Shown here one piece after another: positions 23,496 to 32,087 of a stretch of DNA of 41,858 bases. Numbering within the stretch: position 1 is the first letter of the stretch; each line of letters begins with the position of its first letter. The notes under the pieces were generated by a model. That model did not search any database. It saw only the letters and a program-made list of their open reading frames with translations, and was not told the origin of the DNA. The position numbers were made by a program, and so were the translations under genes. This stretch comes from a bacterium (GTDB lineage: Bacteria > Patescibacteriota > Minisyncoccia > Minisyncoccales > Staskawiczbacteraceae): assembly GCA_043824525.1 (NCBI GenBank), contig JBDRST010000028.1, positions 1-41,858 on the forward strand. Reading direction: 5' to 3'.

Positions 23496-25324
23496 TGAAT
23501 TTTTCTGTTTTTTTGACGCGAGACAACATAATATTCTTTTCAATTTTATGCGCGGTTTTAGCTGTTTTTATTTTAATTTTTTTTATTATCTTAAGAGCGA
23601 TTTTTAGGATAATCAAAGCGTTGATTAAAAGATTTTCAAGAAGAAAAGAAGAAGGGCATCCTATGGAGGGAGCGTTGACTGATAAAGGAGAGGATATTTC
23701 GCTTCAAGTTGAGGAATTGGAAAAAAGCAGGAGAGAAACCGCTATGGCTCAAGACAAGGAGCAACCTATGCAGTCTATAAAAACTCCTCCTTTGCAATAT
23801 CATCAGACTACAAAATCGGAAAATAAAGAATTAAAAACCGACGAAGAAAAAGAAAATGAAAAAGAGGGAAAAGATATTGAAGCTAGCCTTGAAAAACTAA
23901 AAAATCCAGACGACACCCCAGAAAAAAAATCCTTTTTAGAGGAGCAGGCAGAAGCGCGGCACGGAGGTTTTTCTATGCCAAAAATTAAGATACCCGTTTC
24001 AAGAAGACATCGGCACGAAGATGCGCCTTCTGCGCTAGAAGAAGAAAAACAACCAGCATCAAAAACGCAAACTGCAGAAGAAAATAAAAAGGTGGAGAAT
24101 GCGCCTGCGCCGCCTGAAGATAAAAATCAAACAGAAGTTAAAAGTAAAACACCGCCTGCTAAGACACAGGTTGCTCAGAAAGACGAAACGGACAAACAAA
24201 TAAAAAATAATTTAACCGCAACCCTAAAACCAAAAGGTGAAGTTCGCCAACCTGCGGACGAATCGCCAATTAACAGGGCAAAAGCCGAAAAAGAATCTGG
24301 CGGGCTGCCAGAAGAAAAAACGCCTCAAGGACAGGTTAAAAAAAATCGGCCGATTCAGCAAAGCGAGACGCATTCAAAAATCCAACCGGCCCAAGAAAAA
24401 GGAATCAGCAATCAAGTAGAAAGAACAGAAGCAGAAAAAGAAGAAATTTCACCGTACAAAAAACCGGATTTTATGAAAGATGAATTAGAAGTTAATGAAA
24501 TAAAAGACAAAAAAGATATTGAGGAAGAATCCTTTTTAGAGGAGCAGTCAAAAATTAGGCTAGAAAAAATATTTGGCAGTGCTCCCGTTTCTCCAAAAAT
24601 CGAAATATCAGTTGCAAAGAAAGATTCACACGACAAACCCGAGCTGGAAAACAACCAAGCTAAAGGTGGGCAACAGGCCGGGGGCTCGCCGCTTAAAAGA
24701 GCGAGGTCGCAGGAAGAGCCATTAGAGCAAGTTGACAGCCAAAAACCAGGGTTACAACCTGCGGGTTATAAAAAAGAAAAAGAAGCGCAGACAAAAGAAG
24801 AAGGAATTCCTTTGTATGAAAAGCCGGATTTTATGAAAGACGAGTTAGGAGTGGGAGAAAGACAAAAAAACAGGAAGGCGGCAAGGAATGGTTCCTCGCC
24901 AATTAACAGGGCAAAAGCTGAAGAAGGAATTCCTTTGTATGAAAAGCCGGATTTTATGAAAGACGAATTGGGCATTGGCGCGAGGCAAAAAGGGGTAAAA
25001 TTGGGTGGGGAGTCTGCATTGTTCGGAAACAAAGAGGAAATTTCTAGAATAGAATTAAGAAGGAAATTAAGAAGAGACTCTGGTATTTGGAAGGCCCAAA
25101 AAGACGTGCGGCTTAATTTAAAGCCAATGGAAAGAGTAAAACTAGAAAAGGAATTTTTTAGCAAGATATATGGAAGGAATATTTCAAAGAAAGATGTAAA
25201 AGTTAATTTGAGGCGCATGGGCAAGGAATGGGCGTCTACGCCAAATTTAAAAAGAAAAGAAACACTAAGAAAGCAGATAAAATTTTTAAAAAACGTCAGC
25301 GGCATAAAAAATCCGTATAAATAA
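23495..25324 (+). CDS. Membrane-anchored, K/E/P-rich low-complexity repeat protein, hypothetical
   Basis: N-terminal TM segment. Internal repeats: EEGIPLYEKPDFMKDELG x2 plus one diverged copy, SPINRAKAE x2, and SFLEEQ x2. There is a basic C-terminal domain. The start overlaps the ileS stop (TAATG). Confidence 0.6.
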   Translation: MNFSVFLTRDNIIFFSILCAVLAVFILIFFIILRAIFRIIKALIKRFSRRKEEGHPMEGALTDKGEDISLQVEELEKSRRETAMAQDKEQPMQSIKTPPLQYHQTTKSENKELKTDEEKENEKEGKDIEASLEKLKNPDDTPEKKSFLEEQAEARHGGFSMPKIKIPVSRRHRHEDAPSALEEEKQPASKTQTAEENKKVENAPAPPEDKNQTEVKSKTPPAKTQVAQKDETDKQIKNNLTATLKPKGEVRQPADESPINRAKAEKESGGLPEEKTPQGQVKKNRPIQQSETHSKIQPAQEKGISNQVERTEAEKEEISPYKKPDFMKDELEVNEIKDKKDIEEESFLEEQSKIRLEKIFGSAPVSPKIEISVAKKDSHDKPELENNQAKGGQQAGGSPLKRARSQEEPLEQVDSQKPGLQPAGYKKEKEAQTKEEGIPLYEKPDFMKDELGVGERQKNRKAARNGSSPINRAKAEEGIPLYEKPDFMKDELGIGARQKGVKLGGESALFGNKEEISRIELRRKLRRDSGIWKAQKDVRLNLKPMERVKLEKEFFSKIYGRNISKKDVKVNLRRMGKEWASTPNLKRKETLRKQIKFLKNVSGIKNPYK

Positions 25325-25332
25325 AGTAAAAA

Positions 25333-26073
25333 GTGGCTAGTTATTATAGAACCAAAGGGTTTGTTTTTAAAAAAATTGACAAGAACGAGTCAGACAGGAT
25401 ATTTTCAATTTTTACCGAGGATTTTGGCCGGCTTGAAATAACAGGAAAAGCCATAAGAAAAATCACTTCAAAATTAAGGTCCGGCATTGATATGTTTTAT
25501 TTATCGGAAGTTGAATTTATCCAGGGAAAGAATATTAGGACCCTTATTAGCGCCGCAAAAATAAAGAAGTTTAAAAATTTGTGCGAAGATCCAAAAAGGT
25601 TAAAAATTACGCTCCAAATTTCAGATGTTTTAGATAATTTTATAAAAGGCCAGGAAAAAGATGAAAAAACCTTTAAATTATTGGAAGAGATTTTAGATAA
25701 CGTATGCTTTAGCGGGTGCAAAATTAATAATTACCAGCTGGCATTCCACTATTTTTTTTGGAATTTTATATCTTTTCAGGGATATCGGTTGGAGGTTTCA
25801 AATTGCGCTGTTTGCCGATGCAAATTAGACCCGTATAATATTTATTTTTCCGGAAAAGAAGGGGGAATCATTTGTGGAAATTGCGCAACGGTAAAAAGGG
25901 ATTATTCTGATTCCCGTCCAAAGATAAATTCAGATGTTGCTAAAATTTTAAGATTGGTTTTAAATAAAGACTGGCAGACCGTTTCCAGATTAAAAATAGG
26001 GCAGACTTCGCAAAACTTACTTGAGAGCATTTTTGAAAACGCCGTACACACATTTTCTCCTGTTCATTCCTAA
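25333..26073 (+). CDS. recO: DNA repair protein RecO (GTG start)
   Basis: OB-fold N-terminus with the YRTKGFVFKKIDKNESDRIFSIFTEDFGRLE pattern and a CxxC...CxxC zinc finger. Confidence 0.8.
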   Translation: MASYYRTKGFVFKKIDKNESDRIFSIFTEDFGRLEITGKAIRKITSKLRSGIDMFYLSEVEFIQGKNIRTLISAAKIKKFKNLCEDPKRLKITLQISDVLDNFIKGQEKDEKTFKLLEEILDNVCFSGCKINNYQLAFHYFFWNFISFQGYRLEVSNCAVCRCKLDPYNIYFSGKEGGIICGNCATVKRDYSDSRPKINSDVAKILRLVLNKDWQTVSRLKIGQTSQNLLESIFENAVHTFSPVHS

Positions 26074-26100
26074 ATCTAAATTCTAGGTTTTTTGATTGAT

Positions 26101-26129
26101 TTGACATAGGTAAGATATTATGCTATGAT
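26101..26129 (+). promoter_or_regulatory. Near-consensus sigma70-type promoter TTGACA-17-TATGAT for the DGR target gene
   Basis: Hexamers at 26101-26106 and 26124-26129. Confidence 0.6.
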
Positions 26130-26178
26130 TAAATATATAGATCTTTATAAAATTATTCGAGTCCGTCAACTGACGGAG

Positions 26179-26233
26179 GCAGTCACAGCCAGAAGTAACT
26201 AATAATTGGTTGGTGTTTTCTGGCTGTGACTGC
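26179..26233 (+). promoter_or_regulatory. 16-bp perfect hairpin in the ~140-nt 5' leader of the DGR target gene
   Basis: GCAGTCACAGCCAGAA (26179-26194) pairs with TTCTGGCTGTGACTGC (26218-26233). It is preceded by the hairpin TCCGTCAACTGACGGA (26162-26177). Confidence 0.5.
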
Positions 26234-26276
26234 TACTTCGGCGGTCAAGCAAACCTCTTTTATGAAGGAGCTGACC

Positions 26277-26888
26277 ATGAGTCGGCTAGCGCTCTGCGAT
26301 GCAAGTGGACCGCTGACAGACCTCCTGCAAAAAATGTCGGGAGAAGATGGCGGGCAATGGAACCGGGCATTGACCAAGTTTCTCCGTAAGGAGAATCCTT
26401 GGTCTGTCTGGCGAACCGTAGTGCTCGGTGGTTTCAAGTCTGCTCAGGATTTTCTGGTGGCCTTTGAAGGGGAGAGTATTTATGTCAGCGATTGGGCCAA
26501 GAACATTATGTCTAAGCCCGAGTTTGCCCAGTCGCTCGTAAACGTGGATCCCAACGAGGAGTTTGACTTAGAGGATCATTCAGTGGAAGAGCTTGTGAGC
26601 GAATGCCGGAACGCGAGTACTGCGGAGGTGTTTGTCGGCGCTTACAAGCTCGGGCTGGAGGACTGTCCTCCGTGGATCGGTCCCAAACTCCGGCTGGATT
26701 ACAGAAACCAACCGAAGGGAGAATGTCGATTTATCGGCATGAAGCCTCTGTTTGCCTCCCACGGCGATCCGGACGTTTTCTGCGTGGGGCGCTATGGGTC
26801 CGAGCTGTGGCTGAGCTCCAACTATGCCCGTCCCGGCGACTTGTGGGATCCCGTCGTTCGCTGGTTGTTCCGCCGCCCCCGCAAGTAA
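26277..26888 (+). CDS. DGR variable (target) protein, function unknown, GC-rich
   Basis: An AAGGAG SD lies 6 nt before the ATG at 26277. The C-terminal ~44 codons are the VR. No signal peptide or TM segment is evident. Confidence 0.75.
   Translation: MSRLALCDASGPLTDLLQKMSGEDGGQWNRALTKFLRKENPWSVWRTVVLGGFKSAQDFLVAFEGESIYVSDWAKNIMSKPEFAQSLVNVDPNEEFDLEDHSVEELVSECRNASTAEVFVGAYKLGLEDCPPWIGPKLRLDYRNQPKGECRFIGMKPLFASHGDPDVFCVGRYGSELWLSSNYARPGDLWDPVVRWLFRRPRK
26749..26881 (+). other. DGR variable region (VR) with GC-rich IMH-like 3' end
   Basis: 133-nt match to 27278-27410 at a constant offset of 529 nt, with no gaps. There are 17 mismatches, and every one is an A in the other copy. The 3' end is CCGCCGCCCCCG. 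Confidence 0.9.
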
Positions 26889-26965
26889 TCTTCGTTTCTG
26901 CCCTTGGACATTTGGAATTCTGTTCGCTGTCTAGCAAATTGGATTCTTGGTTCTTTGGCGAAGTT

Positions 26966-27010
26966 ATCCCTGTCTTCGCAGTTGCGAAGATAGGGATTTT
27001 ATTTTTTTCT
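26966..27010 (+). terminator. Rho-independent terminator of the target gene
   Basis: ATCCCTGTCTTCGCA-GT-TGCGAAGATAGGGAT stem followed by TTTTATTTTTTT. Confidence 0.7.
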
Positions 27011-27277
27011 AAAAATGTTATTATAAATTTGGATAGTAGGCCAATATGTCCGCGGTTAGTATTTGTTCTGTTAAGAAAGTATGCGGAAACGTAGGCTTTG
27101 GGCGGCCGAATTCTGAATTTCAGGGAAGCGCAGAATTTCGGAGGTTACGACTTCTGGGAGAGTCGCACCTGATTTGCTAAAAAACGAAGATACTTGGTGT
27201 AAAATGTTAAATTAATTGTACAGCTCAAAGAGCATTCAATGGGCAGTGGCGCAGATGACATTTTACGCATTTTTGCT

Positions 27278-27410
27278 TGTTTGACTCCAACGGCGATCCG
27301 AACGTTTTCTACGTGAAGCGCAATGAGTCCAAGCTGTGGCTGAACACCAACTATGCCCATCCCGACAACTTGTGGAATCCCGTCATTCACTGGTTGTTCC
27401 GCCGCCCCCG
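27278..27410 (+). other. DGR template repeat (TR)
   Basis: This copy carries the adenines, with AAC/AAT/AAG codons at the variable positions. It does not lie in a full-length ORF: there is an in-frame TGA 9 codons upstream. Confidence 0.9.
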
Positions 27411-27429
27411 TAACTCTCTTTGTTTTTTT

Positions 27430-27452
27430 CCACCTTTTTTGAGGTGGTTTTT
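27430..27452 (+). terminator. Hairpin plus T run 20 nt after the TR; possible 3' end of the TR RNA
   Basis: CCACCT-TTTTTG-AGGTGG-TTTTT. It overlaps the stop codon of the minus-strand avd-like gene. Confidence 0.5.
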
Positions 27453-27780
27453 AATTCAGCGATTTTATCCATCCGCCCAGCATTTTACCAACTTCATTTA
27501 ATTTTTCAGAAATCCTTATGTATTTTTTATTATCCAATGACTTTATATCCCAAGCAATTTGCAGAAAAAATTTAAGCAGGTCTAATTTCACAGAAGCCCT
27601 TTTCAGAAAAATTTGTTTTTCTATTTTGTCAGAATACCTTGCCTTTATTATGTTTTCTATCGTTTCTAAAAACAAAGAGTCTATTTTAGAGCCCAATGTA
27701 TATCGAGAATTCTTTGGAAAATCGTCCAAAAACCTTTGCCACATTTTATATGCCGCAACCAACTTTTGCGTTATTGCCAA
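27451..27780 (-). CDS. avd: Four-helix-bundle protein (23S rRNA IVS protein / Avd family); DGR accessory variability determinant candidate
   Basis: ...YKMWQRFLDDFPKNSRYTLGSKIDSLFLETIENII.A......K...L..AS.KLDLLKFFLQIAW......KKY..ISEKL.EVGKMLGGWIKS. Only a TTG start is available. It is oriented opposite to the TR. Confidence 0.7.
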   Translation of the reverse strand: MAITQKLVAAYKMWQRFLDDFPKNSRYTLGSKIDSLFLETIENIIKARYSDKIEKQIFLKRASVKLDLLKFFLQIAWDIKSLDNKKYIRISEKLNEVGKMLGGWIKSLN

Positions 27781-27781
27781 A

Positions 27782-27976
27782 TTAAACTGGCTGGGGGGGG
27801 GAATTAGTTGGGTAAACTTTTTTGACTACAGAGTTTTAAGGACCAAAACCAGAAACAGAATGCTAAAGAGGGTAGAGAAAAATCCAAATTCAGAAACAAT
27901 AAACTCTTATATTGGATTATTAAAACATGGAAGTTGCCAAAAACTGAAGCAAAAGATTTTACGGGCTTTTTGTTGA
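27782..27976 (+). pseudogene. C-terminal remnant resembling the thumb / C-terminus of a DGR-type reverse transcriptase
   Basis: WVNFFDYRVLRTKTRNRMLKRVEK...INSYIGLLKHGSCQKLKQKIL resembles the (F/L)LG(Y/C)RV...R.R..R and SY.GH.KHA....L motif pair at RT C-termini. There are no finger or palm motifs, and the upstream part of the track ORF is antisense to avd. Confidence 0.35.
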
Positions 27977-28008
27977 ATAAATAAGAAAATTTGATATACT
28001 AAAATCAT

Positions 28009-28416
28009 ATGGAAAAAATAGATTTAACAACGATAACTCCTATATTGGAAAAAATCTTTCGGAAAAAGAAAGCGGTTTTATTTTGTTATGTTTTCGGCTC
28101 ATTTGCCTATCAGAACTTCAATTCAGAGAGCGATGTTGATATAGCTGTTTATATGGATAAAGCAAGAGTAAGCGATTTTTTTGATGAACGACTGGAATTG
28201 ATTTCAGAAATTTCCCAGGCGTTGGGAAAAGAAGCGGATATTTTGGTTTTGAATAGCACTCCTCCTTTTTTAAAGTATGTTGTTTTGAAAGAGGGAAAGT
28301 TAATTTTTAGCAGAGATGAAAGCAAGAGAATTGATTTTGAGCTAAAAACAACGAATGAGTATTTTGATTTTAGATTTGTTTTAGAAAAATATAACAAACG
28401 TATGATGAAGCTATGA
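28009..28416 (+). CDS. mntA: MntA-type minimal nucleotidyltransferase (antitoxin of HepT/MntA type VII TA)
   Basis: GSFAYQNFNSESDVDIAVY (GS...DxD) motif. The 4-nt overlap with the next gene suggests an operon. Confidence 0.75.
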   Translation: MEKIDLTTITPILEKIFRKKKAVLFCYVFGSFAYQNFNSESDVDIAVYMDKARVSDFFDERLELISEISQALGKEADILVLNSTPPFLKYVVLKEGKLIFSRDESKRIDFELKTTNEYFDFRFVLEKYNKRMMKL

Positions 28417-28844
28417 CTTCATTAACCCGACAAAAAATTTTAGAGAAACTGGAAAATTTTCAGGAATATCTGAACTATATTTCTCAGCTAAAAAAAGAGG
28501 CGAAAAGCGAAAAGGTTTTTTTGTCTGATTTTCATTTGTTTGGCAATACCGAGAGGTATTTGCAGTTATCGATACAAATAATAGTTGATGTTTCTCATTT
28601 GCTTATAATTGATTTAGGGTTGGAAAGACCCAAAGATAATTATGAGGCAATTTCAATTATTTACGCGCATAAAATAATTTCAGAGAAAATGGTGAATAAA
28701 CTGATAAAAATGGTCGGATTGAGGAATCTATTGGTTCACGAATACGGGAAAATAGACAGAAAGAAAATATACAAAATTTTAAAAGAGCAAACGGAAGACC
28801 TTAAAAATTTTAAAAAACAAGTTATTAAATTTATTGGAAAATGA
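28413..28844 (+). CDS. hepT: HepT (DUF86) HEPN-domain RNase toxin
   Basis: The RNLLVHEYGKID motif matches the R-x4-H-x-Y HEPN motif. Confidence 0.75.
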   Translation: MTSLTRQKILEKLENFQEYLNYISQLKKEAKSEKVFLSDFHLFGNTERYLQLSIQIIVDVSHLLIIDLGLERPKDNYEAISIIYAHKIISEKMVNKLIKMVGLRNLLVHEYGKIDRKKIYKILKEQTEDLKNFKKQVIKFIGK

Positions 28845-30496
28845 ATAAAAAACTGCTTTTTATTATCCTGCTGGGCGTTGTAATCATTGGAGTGGTCGCC
28901 TTTTGGCTTTACAGGGAAAGCATGTTTTCAAAAGAAATTTTGCGTTTGGATATTTTAGGTCAAGATAATGCAAAGGCGGGAGAGGAAATAGAATACACCG
29001 TAAAATATAAAAATAACGGAAATTTTGTTTTAGAAAACCCAATCCTTATTTTTGATATGCCCGAAAACTCTTTAACCGAGGACAGCAGAACAAGGATAAC
29101 CCAGGACTTAGACGACATATACCCCGGCGGAGAAGAGGTAGTAAAAATTAAAACGCGACTTTTGGGGAAAGAGGGGGACCTAAAGACAGCTAAAGCATCA
29201 ATTTCCTATACGCCCAAAAATTTGACTGTAAGATACGAATCAACTACCAGTTTTACCACAAAAATTGAGACGGTTGCCGTTACTCTGGATTTTGACCTGC
29301 CTTCAAAAACTGAAAAAGGAAAGGCCCTGCAATACGCAATTAACTATTTTTCCAACATTGATTATCCGCTGGAAGACCTTGGCTTAAAAATTACTCCATT
29401 GGACGGTTTTGACATCGAGTCATCAGACCCCGCATCCTTGGACGGCTCTGAATGGAGGTTGCAATCTTTAAATAAAGCTGAAGGAGGCAGGGTTAATATT
29501 AAGGGTCTGGTTTTGGCAGATGCCGGGCAATCCTTAAATTTTTTTGCCCAGCTTGGAATATGGCAAAATGGAAATTTTATTGCCATAAAAGAAGCGCAAA
29601 AAAACGTGGAGGTTATCCAGCCGTTGCTGTTTATATCCCAGCAGGTCAATGGTTCTGCGTCCTATATTGCTTCACCCGGCGAAACTTTGCGCTACCAGAT
29701 TTTTTTCAGAAACATAGGAACCACGCCTTTTGATGATTTATTTATGGTTGTAAAATTGGACGGACAGGCCTTAGACATGTCCACAATACAGGTGCAGGGC
29801 GGGCAAGTAAGCGATAATATGATTGTTTTAGACCACAGGCAGGTTCCTCAATTAAGGCACTTGGATGAGCAAGAAGAGGGCGAGGTTGTTTTTTATGTAA
29901 AAGTAAAAAACGACTGGAACCCCTCTGGTTCAGAGGAAAGCAATACCGTAATAACAGACGAAGTTAATATATCCCAAATTACTCAAAAGTTTGAAATAAA
30001 AGTAAATTACGGCCTAGTGATTTCCCAAAAAGGGTATTACAAAAGTCCGGATATTGAAAACTTGGGTCCTATTCCGCCAAAAACAGGGGAAGCCACCACA
30101 TATACAATAACCTGGGATATAAAAAACTTTTTTAACGACGCCAAAAATGTCAAAGTAAAAGCAATGTTGCCTGAAAACGTAAATCTAACAGGTAAAATTG
30201 TTCCCTCTAACGAGTCATCAAGCTTTTCGTTTGATTCTGCCAGCCGTGAAATTGTTTGGTCAGCTGGAGATATTTTGGCTGGCGAAGGCTTGAGAGGAAA
30301 CCCGCATTCAATTTCTTTTCAGGTGTCTTTGACGCCTTCGGGCTCGCAAAGAGGCTCTGCAGCGCCCTTAATAGGCAGGGCGCAGATTTCAGGGGAAAAT
30401 CAATTTACAAGCACAATAATTTCAGCTCAAGATTCAGGCATTAACACAAGCTTGCCAGATGACTTTATTAATTCCGGGGGAGGGATAGTGCAATAA
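28841..30496 (+). CDS. Membrane-anchored surface protein with DUF11/CARDB-like beta-sandwich repeats
   Basis: N-terminal TM segment. Repeated A/PGE.(I/L).Y...(Y/F).N.G blocks (GEEIEYTVKYKNNGN, GETLRYQIFFRNIGT, GEATTYTITWDIKN). Confidence 0.6.
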   Translation: MNKKLLFIILLGVVIIGVVAFWLYRESMFSKEILRLDILGQDNAKAGEEIEYTVKYKNNGNFVLENPILIFDMPENSLTEDSRTRITQDLDDIYPGGEEVVKIKTRLLGKEGDLKTAKASISYTPKNLTVRYESTTSFTTKIETVAVTLDFDLPSKTEKGKALQYAINYFSNIDYPLEDLGLKITPLDGFDIESSDPASLDGSEWRLQSLNKAEGGRVNIKGLVLADAGQSLNFFAQLGIWQNGNFIAIKEAQKNVEVIQPLLFISQQVNGSASYIASPGETLRYQIFFRNIGTTPFDDLFMVVKLDGQALDMSTIQVQGGQVSDNMIVLDHRQVPQLRHLDEQEEGEVVFYVKVKNDWNPSGSEESNTVITDEVNISQITQKFEIKVNYGLVISQKGYYKSPDIENLGPIPPKTGEATTYTITWDIKNFFNDAKNVKVKAMLPENVNLTGKIVPSNESSSFSFDSASREIVWSAGDILAGEGLRGNPHSISFQVSLTPSGSQRGSAAPLIGRAQISGENQFTSTIISAQDSGINTSLPDDFINSGGGIVQ

Positions 30497-30505
30497 TAAT
30501 TTACT

Positions 30506-31078
30506 ATGGTTCCATCAAAAATGTTTTTTACCAAAGGCGTTGGTATTGCCAGGCAGCAATTAATGTCTTTTGAGATGGCGTTGAGAGACGCGGGCATTGA
30601 AAAATTTAATTTAGTTTCAGTTTCCAGTATTTTGCCACCGGGCTGCAAAAGAATTCCAAAGGAAAAAGGGCTGGAAGCTCTAAAGCCGGGTGAGGTTGTA
30701 TATTGTGTTATGGCAAGGAATTCAACAAACGAGCCAAATCGGTTGATAGCAGCTTCCATAGGATGCGCTGTTCCAGCCGGCAATCAAGAGCAGTACGGCT
30801 ATTTATCAGAACATCATCCGTACGGTGAAACAGACGAAAAAGCAGCAGACTGCGCCGAGGACTTAGCGGCCACGATGCTGGCAACAACTCTGGGAATTGA
30901 ATTTGATCCTGACACGGCTTGGGACGAAAGAGAAAACGTTTATAAGCTCTCAGGAAAGATTGTAACAACAACAAATATAACTCAATCTGCGCAGGGAAAT
31001 AAAGATGGCTTATGGACAACAGTTGTCGCGGCTGCCGTATTTGTGTCCGCAGAAAATTTAAATGACAAAGAAAACTAA
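30506..31078 (+). CDS. pdaD: Pyruvoyl-dependent arginine decarboxylase
   Basis: FFTKGVG......SFE.AL.DAGI..FNLV.VSSILPP with the self-cleavage Ser-Ser site. Confidence 0.8.
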   Translation: MVPSKMFFTKGVGIARQQLMSFEMALRDAGIEKFNLVSVSSILPPGCKRIPKEKGLEALKPGEVVYCVMARNSTNEPNRLIAASIGCAVPAGNQEQYGYLSEHHPYGETDEKAADCAEDLAATMLATTLGIEFDPDTAWDERENVYKLSGKIVTTTNITQSAQGNKDGLWTTVVAAAVFVSAENLNDKEN

Positions 31079-32087
31079 AAAAAATCTTCTTAAAACTCCG
31101 ATTAAGCACATTGATATAAAATCGTTTGACTCAAGGCGCATTATTGAATCTATGGCAGGCATGTCTTTTACAGCTCGCGATTTAGCGCGGGCTTCAGAAA
31201 TTTATGACATGATGATAAAGGATAAAGGGTGCGCTATTTTTTTAGCTATTGCGGGTTCAACAAGTAGCGCGGGGTGTATGCAGATATACGTTGATTTGGT
31301 AAAAAACAATATGGTTGACGCCATAATAGCCACAGGAGCCAGCATTGTTGATATGGATTTTTTTGAGGCATTGGGCTTTAGGCATTATAAGGGCAGCCCG
31401 AACATTGATGATAATCTTTTAAGAAAATTATATATAGACAGGATTTACGACACCTTTATAGATGAAGAGGAGCTTCAGGCATGCGACCAGACAGTAAAGA
31501 GAATTGCTGATTCCCTTGAACCAAGACCGTATTCTTCAAGAGAATTTATTTCAAAAATGGGGGAATATCTTATAACGCATTCTAAAAAAAAGGACTCCTT
31601 GGTTGAAGTCGCCTTTAAAAACAATGTTCCTATTTTTTGCCCTGCCTTTTCTGATTCAAGCGCTGGATTTGGTTTGGTGCGCCATCAATGGGAAAATCCC
31701 GGCAAACATGTTTCCATTGACTCTGTAAAGGATTTTTTGGAGCTGACAAAGATTAAAATTAAAGCAAAGGCATCCGGCGTTCTAATTATTGGTGGAGGCG
31801 TGCCCAAAAATTTTATACAGGACACAGTTGTTGCAGCTGAAATTTTAGGGTTTGATGTTCCAATGCACAAATACGCGGTTCAGATTACAGTGGCTGACGC
31901 AAGAGATGGCGCCTGCTCTTCTTCAACATTAAAAGAAGCAAGCTCTTGGGGAAAAGTAAAACAAGGTTATGATCAGATGGTTTATGCTGAAGCAACATCA
32001 GTTTTGCCGTTATTGTCAAGCTACGCATACCATAAGGGGAATTGGAAAAAACGCAAACGTAAAAATTTCAGTAAGATTTTTTTATGA
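31062..32087 (+). CDS. Deoxyhypusine synthase family protein (DHS-like)
   Basis: [24 protein letters not shown] and the catalytic-lysine block EASSWGKV. Confidence 0.75.
   Translation: MTKKTKKNLLKTPIKHIDIKSFDSRRIIESMAGMSFTARDLARASEIYDMMIKDKGCAIFLAIAGSTSSAGCMQIYVDLVKNNMVDAIIATGASIVDMDFFEALGFRHYKGSPNIDDNLLRKLYIDRIYDTFIDEEELQACDQTVKRIADSLEPRPYSSREFISKMGEYLITHSKKKDSLVEVAFKNNVPIFCPAFSDSSAGFGLVRHQWENPGKHVSIDSVKDFLELTKIKIKAKASGVLIIGGGVPKNFIQDTVVAAEILGFDVPMHKYAVQITVADARDGACSSSTLKEASSWGKVKQGYDQMVYAEATSVLPLLSSYAYHKGNWKKRKRKNFSKIFL

Noticed and set aside
26603-27094. Alternative-frame ORFs in the GC-rich DGR target region (26603-27094 on the + strand, 26731-26937 and 26183-26437 on the - strand).
   Set aside because: The Arg/Pro/Gly-rich composition is typical of off-frame translation of GC-rich DNA. 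The 26277-26888 frame has the SD, the terminator and the VR codon pattern.
27100-27420. The second copy of the 26226 gene's C-terminus (track ORF 27277-27501) first looked like a decayed paralogue or pseudogene.
   Set aside because: Homology is confined to a sharp 133-nt block, and every mismatch is an adenine in this copy. That pattern marks it as a DGR template repeat, not a drifting pseudogene.
27518-27780. The N-terminal two-thirds of the track ORF 27518-27976.
   Set aside because: It is antisense to the well-supported four-helix-bundle gene. Only the last ~60 codons (27782-27976) carry an RT-like pattern.
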